A program made the position numbers and the translations under genes. From Eledone cirrhosa (lineage: Eukaryota), in the NCBI GenBank assembly GCA_964016885.1, contig OZ024740.1, positions 415,896,001-415,960,000 of the forward strand: DNA of 64,000 bases, given 5' to 3'. Below are positions 43,321 to 59,370 of the stretch, piece by piece (the first letter of the stretch is position 1; every line of letters begins with the position of its first letter). The notes below the pieces were generated by a model. It had not been told where the DNA came from, ran no database searches, and saw only the letters and a program-made list of their open reading frames with translations.

Positions 43321-46300
43321 AAACCTTTAGAATTGCTAAATTTATTTACTATTCAAACCATTAGGATTGATGAATTTATTCACTACTCAAACCTTTAGAA
43401 TTGCTAAATTTATTCACTACTCAAACCTTTTGAATTGCTAAATTTATTTACTACTCAAACCTTTAGAATTGCTAAATTTATTTACTATTCAAACCTTTAG
43501 AATTGCTAAATTTATTTTCTAGTCACACCTTTAGAATTGCTAAATGTATTTACTACTCACACCTTTAGAATTGCTAAATTTATTTACTAATCAAACCTTT
43601 AGAATTGCTAAATTTATTTTCTAGTCACACCTTTAGAATTGCTAAATGTATTTACTACTCATACCTTTAGAATTGCTAAATTTATTTACTACTCAACCTT
43701 TAGAATTGCTAAATTTATTTACTACTCAAACCTTTAGAATTGCTAAATTTATTTACTATTCAAACCTTTAGAATTGCTAAATTTATTAACTACTCAAACC
43801 TTTAGAATCGCTAAATGTATTTACTACTCAAACCTTTGGTATTGCTAAATTTATTACTACTCAAACCTTTAGAATTACTAAATTTATTAACTACTCAAAC
43901 CTTTAGAATTGCTAAATTTATTTACTACTCAAACCTTTAGAATTGCTAAATTTATTTACTACTCAAACCTTTAGAATTGCTAAATTTATTCACTATTCAA
44001 TCCTTTAGAATTGCTAAATTTATTTACTACTCAAACCTTTAGAATTGCTAAATTTATTTACAACTCAAACCTTTAGAATTGCTAAATTTATTAACTACTC
44101 AAACCTTTAGAATTTCTAAATTTATTTACTACTCAAACCTTTAGAATTGCTAAATGTATTTACTACTAACACCTTTAGAATTGCTAAATTTATTTACTAC
44201 TCAAACCTTTAGAATTGCTAAATTTATTTACTACTCAAACCTTTAGAATTGCTAAATTTATTTACTACTCAAACCTTTAGAATTGCTAAATTTATTCACT
44301 ACTCAAACCTTTAGAATTGCTAAATTTATTCACTACTCAAACTTTTAGAATTGCTCAAATTATTTACTACTCAAACCTTTAGAATTGCTAAATTTATTTA
44401 CTATTCAAACCTTTAGAATTGCTAAATTTATTTACTACTCAAACCTTTAGAATTTCTAAATGTATTTACTACTCACAACTTTAGAATTGCTAAATTTATT
44501 TACTACTCAAACCTGTAGTATTGCTAAATTTATTTACTACTCAAACCTTTAGAATTGCTAAATTTATTACTACTCAAACCTTTAGAATTGCTAAATTTAT
44601 TAACTACTCAAACCTTTAGAATCGCTAAATCTATTTACTACTCAAACCTTTGGTATTGCTAAATTTATTACTACTCAAACCTTTAGAATTGCTAAATTTA
44701 TTAACTACTCAAACCTTTAGAATTGCTAAATTTATTTACTACTCAAACCTTTAGAATTGCTAAATTTATTCACTACTCAAACTTTTAGAATTGCTAAATT
44801 TATTCACTACTCAAACTTTTAGAATTGCTCAAATTATTTACTACTCAAACCTTTAGAATTGCTAAATTTATTTACTATTCAAACCTTTAGAATTGCTAAA
44901 TTTATTTACTACTCAAACCTTTAGAATTTCTAAATGTATTTACTACTCACAACTTTAGAATTGCTAAATTTATTTACTACTCAAACCTTTAGTATTGCTA
45001 AATTTATTTACTACACAAACCTTTAGAATTGCTAAATTTATTACTACTCAAACCTTTAGAATTGCTAAATTTATTAACTACTCAAACCTTTAGAATTGCT
45101 AAATTTATTTACTACTCAAACCTTTAGAATTGCTCAATTTATTCACTACTCAAACCTTTAGAATAGCTAAATTTATTCACTACTCAAACCTTTTGAATTG
45201 CTAAATTTATTTACTACTCAAACCTTTAGAATTGCTAAATTTATTTACTATTCAAACCTTTAGAATTGCTAAATTTATTTTCTAGTCACACCTTAAGAAT
45301 TGCTAAATGTATTTACTACTCACACCTTTAGAATTGCTAAATTTATTTACTAATCAAACCTTTAGAATTGCTAAATTAATTTACTATTCAAACCTTTAGA
45401 ATTGCTAAATTTATTTTCTAGTCACACCTTTAGAATTGCTAAATGTATTTACTACTCATACCTTTAGAATTGCTAAATTTATTTACTACTCAACCTTTAG
45501 AATTGCTAAATTTATTTATTACTCAAACCTTTAGAATTGCTAAATTTATTTACTATTCAAACCTTTAGAATTGCTAAATTTATTAACTACTCAAACCTTT
45601 AGAATCGCTAAATGTATTTACTACTCAAACCTTTGGTATTGTTAAATTTATTACTACGCAAACCTTTAGAATTGCTAAATTTATTAACTACTCAAACCTT
45701 TAGAATTGCTAAATTTATTTACTATTCAAACCTTTAGAATTGCTAAATTTATTCACTACTCAAACCTTTAGAATTGCTAAATTTATTTACTACTCAAACC
45801 ATTAGAATTGATGAATTTATTTACTACTCAAACCTTTAGAATTGCTAAATTTATTCACTACTCAAACTTTTAGAATTGCTCAAATTATTTACTACTCAAA
45901 CCTTTAGAATTGCTAAATTTATTTACTATTCAAACCTTTAGAATTGCTAAATTTATTTACTACTCAAACCTTTAGAATTTCTAAATGTATTTACTACTCA
46001 CAACTTTAGAATTGCTAAATTTATTTACTACTCAAACCTTTAGTATTGCTAAATTTATTTACTACTCAAACCTTTAGAATTGCTAAATTTATTAACTATT
46101 CAAACCTTTAGAATTGATAAATTCATTTACTACTCAAACCTTTAGAATTGCTAAATTTATGAACTACTCAAACCTTTATAATTGCTAAATTTATTAACTA
46201 CTCAAACCTTTAGAATTGCTAAATTTATTCACTACTCAAACCTTTAGAATTGCTAAATTTATTCACTACTCAAACCTTTAGAATTGCTAAATTTATTAAC

Positions 46301-49300
46301 TACTCAAACCTTTAGAATTGCTAAATTTATTAACTATTCAAACCTATAGAATTGCTAAAATTATTTACTCCTCAAACCTTTAGAATTGCTAAATTTATTT
46401 ACTATTCAAACCATTAGAATTGATGAATTTATTTACTACTCAAACCTTTAGAATTGCTAAATTTATTTATTACTCAAACCTTTAGAATTGCTAAATTTAT
46501 TACTACTCAAACCTTTAGAATTGCTAAATTTATTAACTACTCAAACCTTTAGAATTGCTAAATTTATTTACTACTCAAACCTTTAGAATTGCTAAATTTA
46601 TTCACTACTCAAACCTTTAGAATTGCTAAATTTATTAACTACTCAAACCTTTAGAATTGCTAAATTTATTAACTATTCAAACCTATAGAATTGCTAAAAT
46701 TATTTACTCCTCAAACCTTTAGAATTGCTAAATTTATTTACTATTCAAACCATTAGAATTGATGAATTTATTCACTACTCAAACCTTTAGAATTGCTAAA
46801 TTTATTCACTACTCAAACCTTTTGAATTGCTAAATTTATTTACTACTCAAACCTTTAGAATTGCTAAATTTATTTACTATTCAAACCTTTAGAATTGCTA
46901 AATTTATTTTCTAGTCACACCTTTAGAATTGCTAAATGTATTTACTACTCACACCTTTAGAATTGCTAAATTTATTTACTAATCAAACCTTTAGAATTGC
47001 TAAATTTATTTTCTAGTCACACCTTTAGAATTGCTAAATGTATTTACTACTCATACCTTTAGAATTGCTAAATTTATTTACTACTCAACCTTTAGAATTG
47101 CTAAATTTATTTACTACTCAAACCTTTAGAATTGCTAAATTTATTTACTATTCAAACCTTTAGAATTGCTAAATTTATTAACTACTCAAACCTTTAGAAT
47201 CGCTAAATGTATTTACTACTCAAACCTTTGGTATTGCTAAATTTATTACTACTCAAACCTTTAGAATTGCTAAATTTATTAACTACTCAAACCTTTAGAA
47301 TTGCTAAATTTATTTACTACTCAAACCTTTAGAATTGCTAAATTTATTTACTACTCAAACCTTTAGAATTGCTAAATTTATTCACTATTCAATCCTTTAG
47401 AATTGCTAAATTTATTTACTACTCAAACCTTTAGAATTGCTAAATTTATTTACAACTCAAACCTTTAGAATTGCTAAATTTATTAACTACTCAAACCTTT
47501 AGAATTTCTAAATTTATTTACTACTCAAACCTTTAGAATTGCTAAATGTATTTACTACTAACACCTTTTGAATTGCTAAATTTATTTACTACTCAAACCT
47601 TTAGAATTGCTAAATTTATTTACTATTCAAACCTTTACAATTGCTAAATTTATTTTCTAGTCACACCTTAAGAATTGCTAAATGTATTTACTACTCACAC
47701 CTTTAGAATTGCTAAATTTATTTACTAATCAAACCTTTAGAATTGCTAAATTAATTTACTATTCAAACCTTTAGAATTGCTAAATTTATTTACTAGTCAC
47801 ACCTTTAGAATTGCTAAATGTATTTACTACTCATACCTTTAGAATTGCTAAATTTATTTACTACTCAAACCTTTAGAATTGCTAAATTTATTTACTACTC
47901 AAACCTTTAGAATTGCTAAATTTATTTACTATTCAAACCTTTAGAATTGCTAAATTTATTAACTACTCAAACCTTTAGAATCGCTAAATCTATTTACTAC
48001 TCAAACCTTTGGTATTGCTAAATTTATTACTACTCAAACCTTTAGAATTGCTAAATTTATTAACTACTCAAACCTTTAGAATTGCTAAATTTATTTACTA
48101 CTCAAACCTTTAGAATTGCTAAATTTATTCACTACTCAAACTTTTAGAATTGCTAAATTTATTCACTACTCAAACTTTTAGAATTGCTCAAATTATTTAC
48201 TACTCAAACCTTTAGAATTGCTAAATTTATTTACTATTCAAACCTTTAGAATTGCTAAATTTATTTACTACTCAAACCTTTAGAATTTCTAAATGTATTT
48301 ACTACTCACAACTTTAGAATTGCTAAATTTATTTACTACTCAAACCTTTAGTATTGCTAAATTTATTTACTACTCAAACCTTTAGAATTGCTAAATTTAT
48401 TACTACTCAAACCTTTAGAATTGCTAAATTTATTAACTACTCAAACCTTTAGAATTGCTAAATTTATTTACTACTCAAACCTTTAGAATTGCTCAATTTA
48501 TTCACTACTCAAACCTTTAGAATAGCTAAATTTATTCACTACTCAAACCTTTTGAATTGCTAAATTTATTTACTACTCAAACCTTTAGAATTGCTAAATT
48601 TATTTACTATTCAAACCTTTAGAATTGCTAAATTTATTTTCTAGTCACACCTTAAGAATTGCTAAATGTATTTACTACTCACACCTTTAGAATTGCTAAA
48701 TTTATTTACTAATCAAACCTTTAGAATTGCTAAATTAATTTACTATTCAAACCTTTAGAATTGCTAAATTTATTTTCTAGTCACACCTTTAGAATTGCCA
48801 AATGTATTTACTACTCATACCTTTAGAATTGCTAAATTTATTTACTACTCAACCTTTAGAATTGCTAAATTTATTTATTACTCAAACCTTTAGAATTGCT
48901 AAATTTATTTACTATTCAAACCTTTAGAATTGCTAAATTTATTAACTACTCAAACCTTTAGAATCGCTAAATGTATTTACTACTCAAACCTTTGGTATTG
49001 CTAAATTTATTACTACGCAAACCTTTAGAATTGCTAAATTTATTAACTACTCAAACCTTTAGAATTGCTAAATTTATTTACTATTCAAACCTTTAGAATT
49101 GCTAAATTTATTCACTACTCAAACCTTTAGAATTGCTAAATTTATTTACTACTCAAACCATTAGAATTGATGAATTTATTTACTACTCAAACCTTTAGAA
49201 TTGCTAAATTTATTCACTACTCAAACTTTTAGAATTGCTCAAATTATTTACTACTCAAACCTTTAGAATTGCTAAATTTATTTACTATTCAAACCTTTAG

Positions 49301-49980
49301 AATTGCTAAATTTATTTACTACTCAAACCTTTAGAATTTCTAAATGTATTTACTACTCACAACTTTAGAATTGCTAAATTTATTTACTACTCAAACCTTT
49401 AGTATTGCTAAATTTATTTACTACTCAAACCTTTAGAATTGCTAAATTTATTAACTATTCAAACCTTTAGAATTGATAAATTCATTTACTACTCAAACCT
49501 TTAGAATTGCTAAATTTATGAACTACTCAAACCTTTATAATTGCTAAATTTATTAACTACTCAAACCTTTAGAATTGCTAAATTTATTCACTACTCAAAC
49601 CTTTAGAATTGCTAAATTTATTCACTACTCAAACCTTTAGAATTGCTAAATTTATTAACTACTCAAACCTTTAGAATTGCTAAATTTATTAACTATTCAA
49701 ACCTATAGAATTGCTAAAATTATTTACTCCTCAAACCTTTAGAATTGCTAAATTTATTTACTATTCAAACCATTAGAATTGATGAATTTATTTACTACTC
49801 AAACCTTTAGAATTGCTAAATTTATTTATTACTCAAACCTTTAGAATTGCTAAATTTATTACTACTCAAACCTTTAGAATTGCTAAATTTATTAACTACT
49901 CAAACCTTTAGAATTGCTAAATTTATTTACTACTCAAACCTTTAGAATTGCTAAATTTATTCACTACTCAAACCTTTAGA
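42300..49980. repeat. Imperfect higher-order repeat with period 3359-3392 bp (99-100 monomers)
   Basis: TCATT variant at 42731/46123/49482 (spacings 3392, 3359), CAACT at 44061/47453 (3392), GAATAG at 45161/48520 and TACGCA at 45655/49014 (3359). Confidence 0.85.
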
Positions 49981-52900
49981 ATTGCTAAATTTATTCACTA
50001 CTCAAACCTTTAGAATTGCTAAATTTATTCACTATTCAAACCTATAGAATTGCTAAAATTATTTACTCCTCAAACCTTTAGAATTGCTAAATTTATTTAC
50101 TATTCAAACCTTTAGAATTGCTAAATTTATTTACTACTCAAACCTTTAGAATTGCTAAATGTATTTACTACTCACAACTTTAGAATTGCTAAATTTATTT
50201 ACTACTCAAACCTTTAGAATTGCTAAATTTATTTACTACTCAAACCTTTAGAATTGCTAAATTTATTACTACTCAAACCTTTAGAATTGCTAAATTTATT
50301 AACTACTCAAACCTTTAGAATTGCTAAATTTATTTACTACTCAAACCTTTAGAATTGCTCAATTTATTCACTACTCAAACCTTTAGAATTGCTAAATTTA
50401 TTCACTACTCAAACCTTTTGAATTGCTAAATTTATTTACTACTCAAACCTTTAGAATTGCTAAATTTATTTACTATTCAAACCTTTAGAATTGCTAAATT
50501 TATTTTCTAGTCACACCTTAAGAATTGCTAAATGTATTTACTACTCACACCTTTAGAATTGCTAAATTTATTTACTAATCAAACCTTTAGAATTGCTAAA
50601 TTAATTTACTATTCAAACCTTTAGAATTGCTAAATTTATTTACTAGTCACACCTTTAGAATTGCTAAATGTATTTACTACTCATACCTTTAGAATTGCTA
50701 AATTTATTTACTACTCAAACCTTTAGAATTGCTAAATTTATTTACTACTCAAACCTTTAGAATTGCTAAATTTATTTACTATTCAAACCTTTAGAATTGC
50801 TAAATTTATTAACTACTCAAACCTTTAGAATCGCTAAATCTATTTACTACTCAAACCTTTGGTATTGCTAAATTTATTACTACTCAAACCTTTAGAATTG
50901 CTAAATTTATTAACTACTCAAACCTTTAGAATTACTAAATTTATTTACTACTCAAACCTTTAGAATTGCTAAATTTATTCACTACTCAAACCTTTAGAAT
51001 TGCTAAATTTATTCACTACTCAAACTTTTAGAATTGCTCAAATTATTTACTACTCAAACCTTTAGAATTGCTAAATTTATTTACTATTCAAACCTTTAGA
51101 ATTGCTAAATTTATTTACTACTCAAACCTTTAGAATTTCTAAATGTATTTACTACTCACAACTTTAGAATTGCTAAATTTATTTACTACTCAAACCTTTA
51201 GTATTGCTAAATTTATTTACTACTCAAACCTTTAGAATTGCTAAATTTATTACTACTCAAACCTTTAGAATTGCTAAATTTATTAACTACTCAAACCTTT
51301 AGAATTGCTAAATTTATTTACTACTCAAACCTTTAGAATTGCTCAATTTATTCACTACTCAAACCTTTAGAATTGCTAAATTTATTCACTACTCAAACCT
51401 TTTGAATTGCTAAATTTATTTACTACTCAAACCTTTAGAATTGCTAAATTTATTTACTATTCAAACCTTTAGAATTGCTAAATTTATTTTCTAGTCACAC
51501 CTTAAGAATTGCTAAATGTATTTACTACTCACACCTTTAGAATTGCTAAATTTATTTACTAATCAAACCTTTAGAATTGCTAAATTAATTTACTATTCAA
51601 ACCTTTAGAATTGCTAAATTTATTTTCTAGTCACACCTTTAGAATTGCTAAATGTATTTACTACTCATACCTTTAGAATTGCTAAATTTATTTACTACTC
51701 AACCTTTAGAATTGCTAAATTTATTTATTACTCAAACCTTTAGAATTGCTAAATTTATTTACTATTCAAACCTTTAGAATTGCTAAATTTATTAACTACT
51801 CAAACCTTTAGAATCGCTAAATGTATTTACTACTCAAACCTTTGGTATTGCTAAATTTATTACTACTCAAACCTTTAGAATTGCTAAATTTATTAACTAC
51901 TCAAACCTTTAGAATTGCTAAATTTATTTACTACTCAAACCTTTAGAATTGGTAAATTTATTTACTACTCAAACCTTTAGAATTGCTAAATTTATTCACT
52001 ATTCAATCCTTTAGAATTGCTAAATTTATTTACTACTCAAACCTTTAGAATTGCTAAATTTATTTACTACTCAAACCTTTAGAATTGCTAAATTTATTAA
52101 CTACTCAAACCTTTAGAATTGCTAAATTTATTTACTACTCAAACCTTTAGAATTGCTAAATGTATTTACTACTAACACCTTTAGAATTGCTAAATTTATT
52201 TACTACTCAAACCTTTAGAATTGCTAAATTTATTTACTACTCAAACCTTTAGAATTGCTAAATTTATTAACTGCTCAAACCTTTAGAATTGCTAAACGTA
52301 TTTACTACTCAAACCTTTGGAATTGCTAAATTTATTTACTACTCAAACCTTTAGAATTGATAAATTTATTTACTACTCAAACCTTTAGAATTTCTAAATG
52401 TATTTACTACTCACAACTTTAGAATTGCTAAATTTATTTACTACTCAAACCTTTAGTATTGCTAAATTTATTTACTACTCAAACCTTTAGAATTGCTAAA
52501 TTTATTAACTATTCAAACCTTTAGAATTGATAAATTTATTTACTACTCAAACCTTTAGAATTGCTAAATTTATGAACTACTCAAACCTTTAGAATTGCTA
52601 AATTTATTAACTACTCAAACCTTTAGAATTGCTAAATTTATTCACTACTCAAACCTTTAGAATTGCTAAATTTATTCACTACTCAAACCTTTAGAATTGC
52701 TAAATTTATTAACTACTCAAACCTTTAGAATTGCTAAATTTATTAACTATTCAAACCTATAGAATTGCTAAAATTATTTACTCCTCAAACCTTTAGAATT
52801 GCTAAATTTATTTACTATTCAAACCATTAGAATTGATGAATTTATTTACTACTCAAACCTTTAGAATTGCTAAATTTATTTATTACTCAAACCTTTAGAA

Positions 52901-55900
52901 TTGCTAAATTTATTACTACTCAAACCTTTAGAATTGCTAAATTTATTAACTACTCAAACCTTTAGAATTGCTAAATTTATTTACTACTCAAACCTTTAGA
53001 ATTGCTAAATTTATTCACTACTCAAACCTTTAGAATTGCTAAATTTATTAACTACTCAAACCTTTAGAATTGCTAAATTTATTAACTATTCAAACCTATA
53101 GAATTGCTAAAATTATTTACTCCTCAAACCTATAGAATTGCTAAATTTATTTACTATTCAAACCATTAGAATTGATGAATTTATTCACTACTCAAACCTT
53201 TAGAATTGCTAAATTTATTCACTACTCAAACCTTTTGAATTGCTAAATTTATTTACTACTCAAACCTTTAGAATTGCTAAATTTATTTACTATTCAAACC
53301 TTTAGAATTGCTAAATTTATTTTCTAGTCACACCTTTAGAATTGCTAAATGTATTTACTACTCACACCTTTAGAATTGCTAAATTTATTTACTAATCAAA
53401 CCTTTAGAATTGCTAAATTTATTTTCTAGTCACACCTTTAGAATTGCTAAATGTATTTACTACTCATACCTTTAGAATTGCTAAATTTATTTACTACTCA
53501 ACCTTTAGAATTGCTAAATTTATTTACTACTCAAACCTTTAGAATTGCTAAATTTATTTACTATTCAAACCTTTAGAATTGCTAAATTTATTAACTACTC
53601 AAACCTTTAGAATCGCTAAATGTATTTACTACTCAAACCTTTGGTATTGCTAAATTTATTACTACTCAAACCTTTAGAATTGCTAAATTTATTAACTACT
53701 CAAACCTTTAGAATTGCTAAATTTATTTACTACTCAAACCTTTAGAATTGTTAAATTTATTTACTACTCAAACCTTTAGAATTGCTAAATTTATTCACTA
53801 TTCAATCCTTTAGAATTGCTAAATTTATTTACTACTCAAACCTTTAGAATTGCTAAATTTATTTACTACTCAAACCTTTAGAATTGCTAAATTTATTAAC
53901 TACTCAAACCTTTAGAATTTCTAAATTTATTTACTACTCAACCCTTTAGAATTGCTAAATGTATTTACTACTAACACCTTTAGAATTGCTAAATTTATTT
54001 ACTACTCAAACCTTTAGAATTGCTAAATTTATTTACTACTCAAACCTTTAGAATTGCTAAATTTATTAACTGCTCAAACCTTTAGAATTGCTAAACGTAT
54101 TTACTACTCAAACCTTTGGAATTGCTAAATTTATTTACTACTCAAACCTTTAGAATTGATAAATTTATTTACTACTCAAACCTTTAGAATTGCTAAATTT
54201 ATTTACTATTCAAACCTTTAGAATTGCTAAATTTATTCACTACTCAAACCTTTAGAATTGCTAAATTTATTTACTACTCAAACCTTTAGAATTGCTAAAT
54301 TTATTAACTACTCAAACCTTTAGAATTGCTAAATTTATTACTACTCAAACCTTTAGAATTGCTAAATTTATTAACTACTCAAACCTTTAGAATTGCTAAA
54401 TTTATTTACTACTCAAACCTTTAGAATTGCTAAATTTATTCACTATTAAAACCCTTAGAATTGATGAATTTATTTACTACTCAAACCTTTAGAATTGCTA
54501 AATTTATTTATTACTCAAACCTTTAGAATTGCTAAATTTATTACTACTCAAACCTTTAGAATTGCTAAATTTATTAACTACTCAAACCTTTAGAATTGCT
54601 AAATTTATTTACTACTCAAACCTTTAGAATTGCTAAATTTATTCACTACTCAAACCTTTAGAATTGCTAAATTTATTCACTACTCAAACCTTTAGAATTG
54701 CTAAATTTATTCACTATTCAAACCTATAGAATTGCTAAAATTATTTACTCCTCAAACCTTTAGAATTGCTAAATTTATTTACTATTCAAACCTTTAGAAT
54801 TGCTAAATTTATTTACTACTCAAACCTTTAGAATTTCTAAATGTATTTACTACTCACAACTTTAGAATTGCTAAATTTATTTACTACTCAAACCTTTAGA
54901 ATTGCTAAATTTATTTACTACTCAAACCTTTAGAATTGCTAAATTTATTACTACTCAAACCTTTAGAATTGCTAAATTTATTAACTACTCAAACCTTTAG
55001 AATTGCTAAATTTATTTACTACTCAAACCTTTAGAATTGCTCAATTTATTCACTACTCAAACCTTTAGAATTGCTAAATTTATTCACTACTCAAACCTTT
55101 TGAATTGCTAAATTTATTTACTACTCAAACCTTTAGAATTGCTAAATTTATTTACTATTCAAACCTTTAGAATTGCTAAATTTATTTTCTAGTCACACCT
55201 TAAGAATTGCTAAATGTATTTACTACTCACACCTTTAGAATTGCTAAATTTATTTACTAATCAAACCTTTAGAATTGCTAAATTAATTTACTATTCAAAC
55301 CTTTAGAATTGCTAAATTTATTTACTAGTCACACCTTTAGAATTGCTAAATGTATTTACTACTCATACCTTTAGAATTGCTAAATTTATTTACTACTCAA
55401 ACCTTTAGAATTGCTAAATTTATTTACTACTCAAACCTTTAGAATTGCTAAATTTATTTACTATTCAAACCTTTAGAATTGCTAAATTTATTAACTACTC
55501 AAACCTTTAGAATCGCTAAATCTATTTACTACTCAAACCTTTGGTATTGCTAAATTTATTACTACTCAAACCTTTAGAATTGCTAAATTTATTAACTACT
55601 CAAACCTTTAGAATTACTAAATTTATTTACTACTCAAACCTTTAGAATTGCTAAATTTATTCACTACTCAAACCTTTAGAATTGCTAAATTTATTCACTA
55701 CTCAAACTTTTAGAATTGCTCAAATTATTTACTACTCAAACCTTTAGAATTGCTAAATTTATTTACTATTCAAACCTTTAGAATTGCTAAATTTATTTAC
55801 TACTCAAACCTTTAGAATTTCTAAATGTATTTACTACTCACAACTTTAGAATTGCTAAATTTATTTACTACTCAAACCTTTAGTATTGCTAAATTTATTT

Positions 55901-58900
55901 ACTACTCAAACCTTTAGAATTGCTAAATTTATTACTACTCAAACCTTTAGAATTGCTAAATTTATTAACTACTCAAACCTTTAGAATTGCTAAATTTATT
56001 TACTACTCAAACCTTTAGAATTGCTCAATTTATTCACTACTCAAACCTTTAGAATTGCTAAATTTATTCACTACTCAAACCTTTTGAATTGCTAAATTTA
56101 TTTACTACTCAAACCTTTAGAATTGCTAAATTTATTTACTATTCAAACCTTTAGAATTGCTAAATTTATTTTCTAGTCACACCTTAAGAATTGCTAAATG
56201 TATTTACTACTCACACCTTTAGAATTGCTAAATTTATTTACTAATCAAACCTTTAGAATTGCTAAATTAATTTACTATTCAAACCTTTAGAATTGCTAAA
56301 TTTATTTTCTAGTCACACCTTTAGAATTGCTAAATGTATTTACTACTCATACCTTTAGAATTGCTAAATTTATTTACTACTCAACCTTTAGAATTGCTAA
56401 ATTTATTTATTACTCAAACCTTTAGAATTGCTAAATTTATTTACTATTCAAACCTTTAGAATTGCTAAATTTATTAACTACTCAAACCTTTAGAATCGCT
56501 AAATGTATTTACTACTCAAACCTTTGGTATTGCTAAATTTATTACTACTCAAACCTTTAGAATTGCTAAATTTATTAACTACTCAAACCTTTAGAATTGC
56601 TAAATTTATTTACTACTCAAACCTTTAGAATTGGTAAATTTATTTACTACTCAAACCTTTAGAATTGCTAAATTTATTCACTATTCAATCCTTTAGAATT
56701 GCTAAATTTATTTACTACTCAAACCTTTAGAATTGCTAAATTTATTTACTACTCAAACCTTTAGAATTGCTAAATTTATTAACTACTCAAACCTTTAGAA
56801 TTGCTAAATTTATTTACTACTCAAACCTTTAGAATTGCTAAATGTATTTACTACTAACACCTTTAGAATTGCTAAATTTATTTACTACTCAAACCTTTAG
56901 AATTGCTAAATTTATTTACTACTCAAACCTTTAGAATTGCTAAATTTATTAACTGCTCAAACCTTTAGAATTGCTAAACGTATTTACTACTCAAACCTTT
57001 GGAATTGCTAAATTTATTTACTACTCAAACCTTTAGAATTGATAAATTTATTTACTACTCAAACCTTTAGAATTTCTAAATGTATTTACTACTCACAACT
57101 TTAGAATTGCTAAATTTATTTACTACTCAAACCTTTAGTATTGCTAAATTTATTTACTACTCAAACCTTTAGAATTGCTAAATTTATTAACTATTCAAAC
57201 CTTTAGAATTGATAAATTTATTTACTACTCAAACCTTTAGAATTGCTAAATTTATGAACTACTCAAACCTTTAGAATTGCTAAATTTATTAACTACTCAA
57301 ACCTTTAGAATTGCTAAATTTATTCACTACTCAAACCTTTAGAATTGCTAAATTTATTCACTACTCAAACCTTTAGAATTGCTAAATTTATTAACTACTC
57401 AAACCTTTAGAATTGCTAAATTTATTAACTATTCAAACCTATAGAATTGCTAAAATTATTTACTCCTCAAACCTTTAGAATTGCTAAATTTATTTACTAT
57501 TCAAACCATTAGAATTGATGAATTTATTTACTACTCAAACCTTTAGAATTGCTAAATTTATTTATTACTCAAACCTTTAGAATTGCTAAATTTATTACTA
57601 CTCAAACCTTTAGAATTGCTAAATTTATTAACTACTCAAACCTTTAGAATTGCTAAATTTATTTACTACTCAAACCTTTAGAATTGCTAAATTTATTCAC
57701 TACTCAAACCTTTAGAATTGCTAAATTTATTAACTACTCAAACCTTTAGAATTGCTAAATTTATTAACTATTCAAACCTATAGAATTGCTAAAATTATTT
57801 ACTCCTCAAACCTATAGAATTGCTAAATTTATTTACTATTCAAACCATTAGAATTGATGAATTTATTCACTACTCAAACCTTTAGAATTGCTAAATTTAT
57901 TCACTACTCAAACCTTTTGAATTGCTAAATTTATTTACTACTCAAACCTTTAGAATTGCTAAATTTATTTACTATTCAAACCTTTAGAATTGCTAAATTT
58001 ATTTTCTAGTCACACCTTTAGAATTGCTAAATGTATTTACTACTCACACCTTTAGAATTGCTAAATTTATTTACTAATCAAACCTTTAGAATTGCTAAAT
58101 TTATTTTCTAGTCACACCTTTAGAATTGCTAAATGTATTTACTACTCATACCTTTAGAATTGCTAAATTTATTTACTACTCAACCTTTAGAATTGCTAAA
58201 TTTATTTACTACTCAAACCTTTAGAATTGCTAAATTTATTTACTATTCAAACCTTTAGAATTGCTAAATTTATTAACTACTCAAACCTTTAGAATCGCTA
58301 AATGTATTTACTACTCAAACCTTTGGTATTGCTAAATTTATTACTACTCAAACCTTTAGAATTGCTAAATTTATTAACTACTCAAACCTTTAGAATTGCT
58401 AAATTTATTTACTACTCAAACCTTTAGAATTGTTAAATTTATTTACTACTCAAACCTTTAGAATTGCTAAATTTATTCACTATTCAATCCTTTAGAATTG
58501 CTAAATTTATTTACTACTCAAACCTTTAGAATTGCTAAATTTATTTACTACTCAAACCTTTAGAATTGCTAAATTTATTAACTACTCAAACCTTTAGAAT
58601 TTCTAAATTTATTTACTACTCAACCCTTTAGAATTGCTAAATGTATTTACTACTAACACCTTTAGAATTGCTAAATTTATTTACTACTCAAACCTTTAGA
58701 ATTGCTAAATTTATTTACTACTCAAACCTTTAGAATTGCTAAATTTATTAACTGCTCAAACCTTTAGAATTGCTAAACGTATTTACTACTCAAACCTTTG
58801 GAATTGCTAAATTTATTTACTACTCAAACCTTTAGAATTGATAAATTTATTTACTACTCAAACCTTTAGAATTGCTAAATTTATTTACTATTCAAACCTT

Positions 58901-59370
58901 TAGAATTGCTAAATTTATTCACTACTCAAACCTTTAGAATTGCTAAATTTATTTACTACTCAAACCTTTAGAATTGCTAAATTTATTAACTACTCAAACC
59001 TTTAGAATTGCTAAATTTATTACTACTCAAACCTTTAGAATTGCTAAATTTATTAACTACTCAAACCTTTAGAATTGCTAAATTTATTTACTACTCAAAC
59101 CTTTAGAATTGCTAAATTTATTCACTATTAAAACCCTTAGAATTGATGAATTTATTTACTACTCAAACCTTGAGAATTGCTAAATTTATTTATTACTCAA
59201 ACCTTTAGAATTGCTAAATTTATTACTACTCAAACCTTTAGAATTGCTAAATTTATTAACTACTCAAACCTTTAGAATTGCTAAATTTATTTACAACTCA
59301 AACCTTTAGAATTGCTAAATTTATTCACTACTCAAACCTTTAGAATTGCTAAATTTATTCACTACTCAAA
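49780..59370. repeat. Near-perfect tandem duplication, period 4682 bp (138 monomers)
   Basis: CCTATA at 50041/54723, ATTACTAA at 50931/55613, ACCCTTT at 53941/58623 and CACTATTAAAACCC at 54441/59123 all have offset 4682. Confidence 0.92.
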
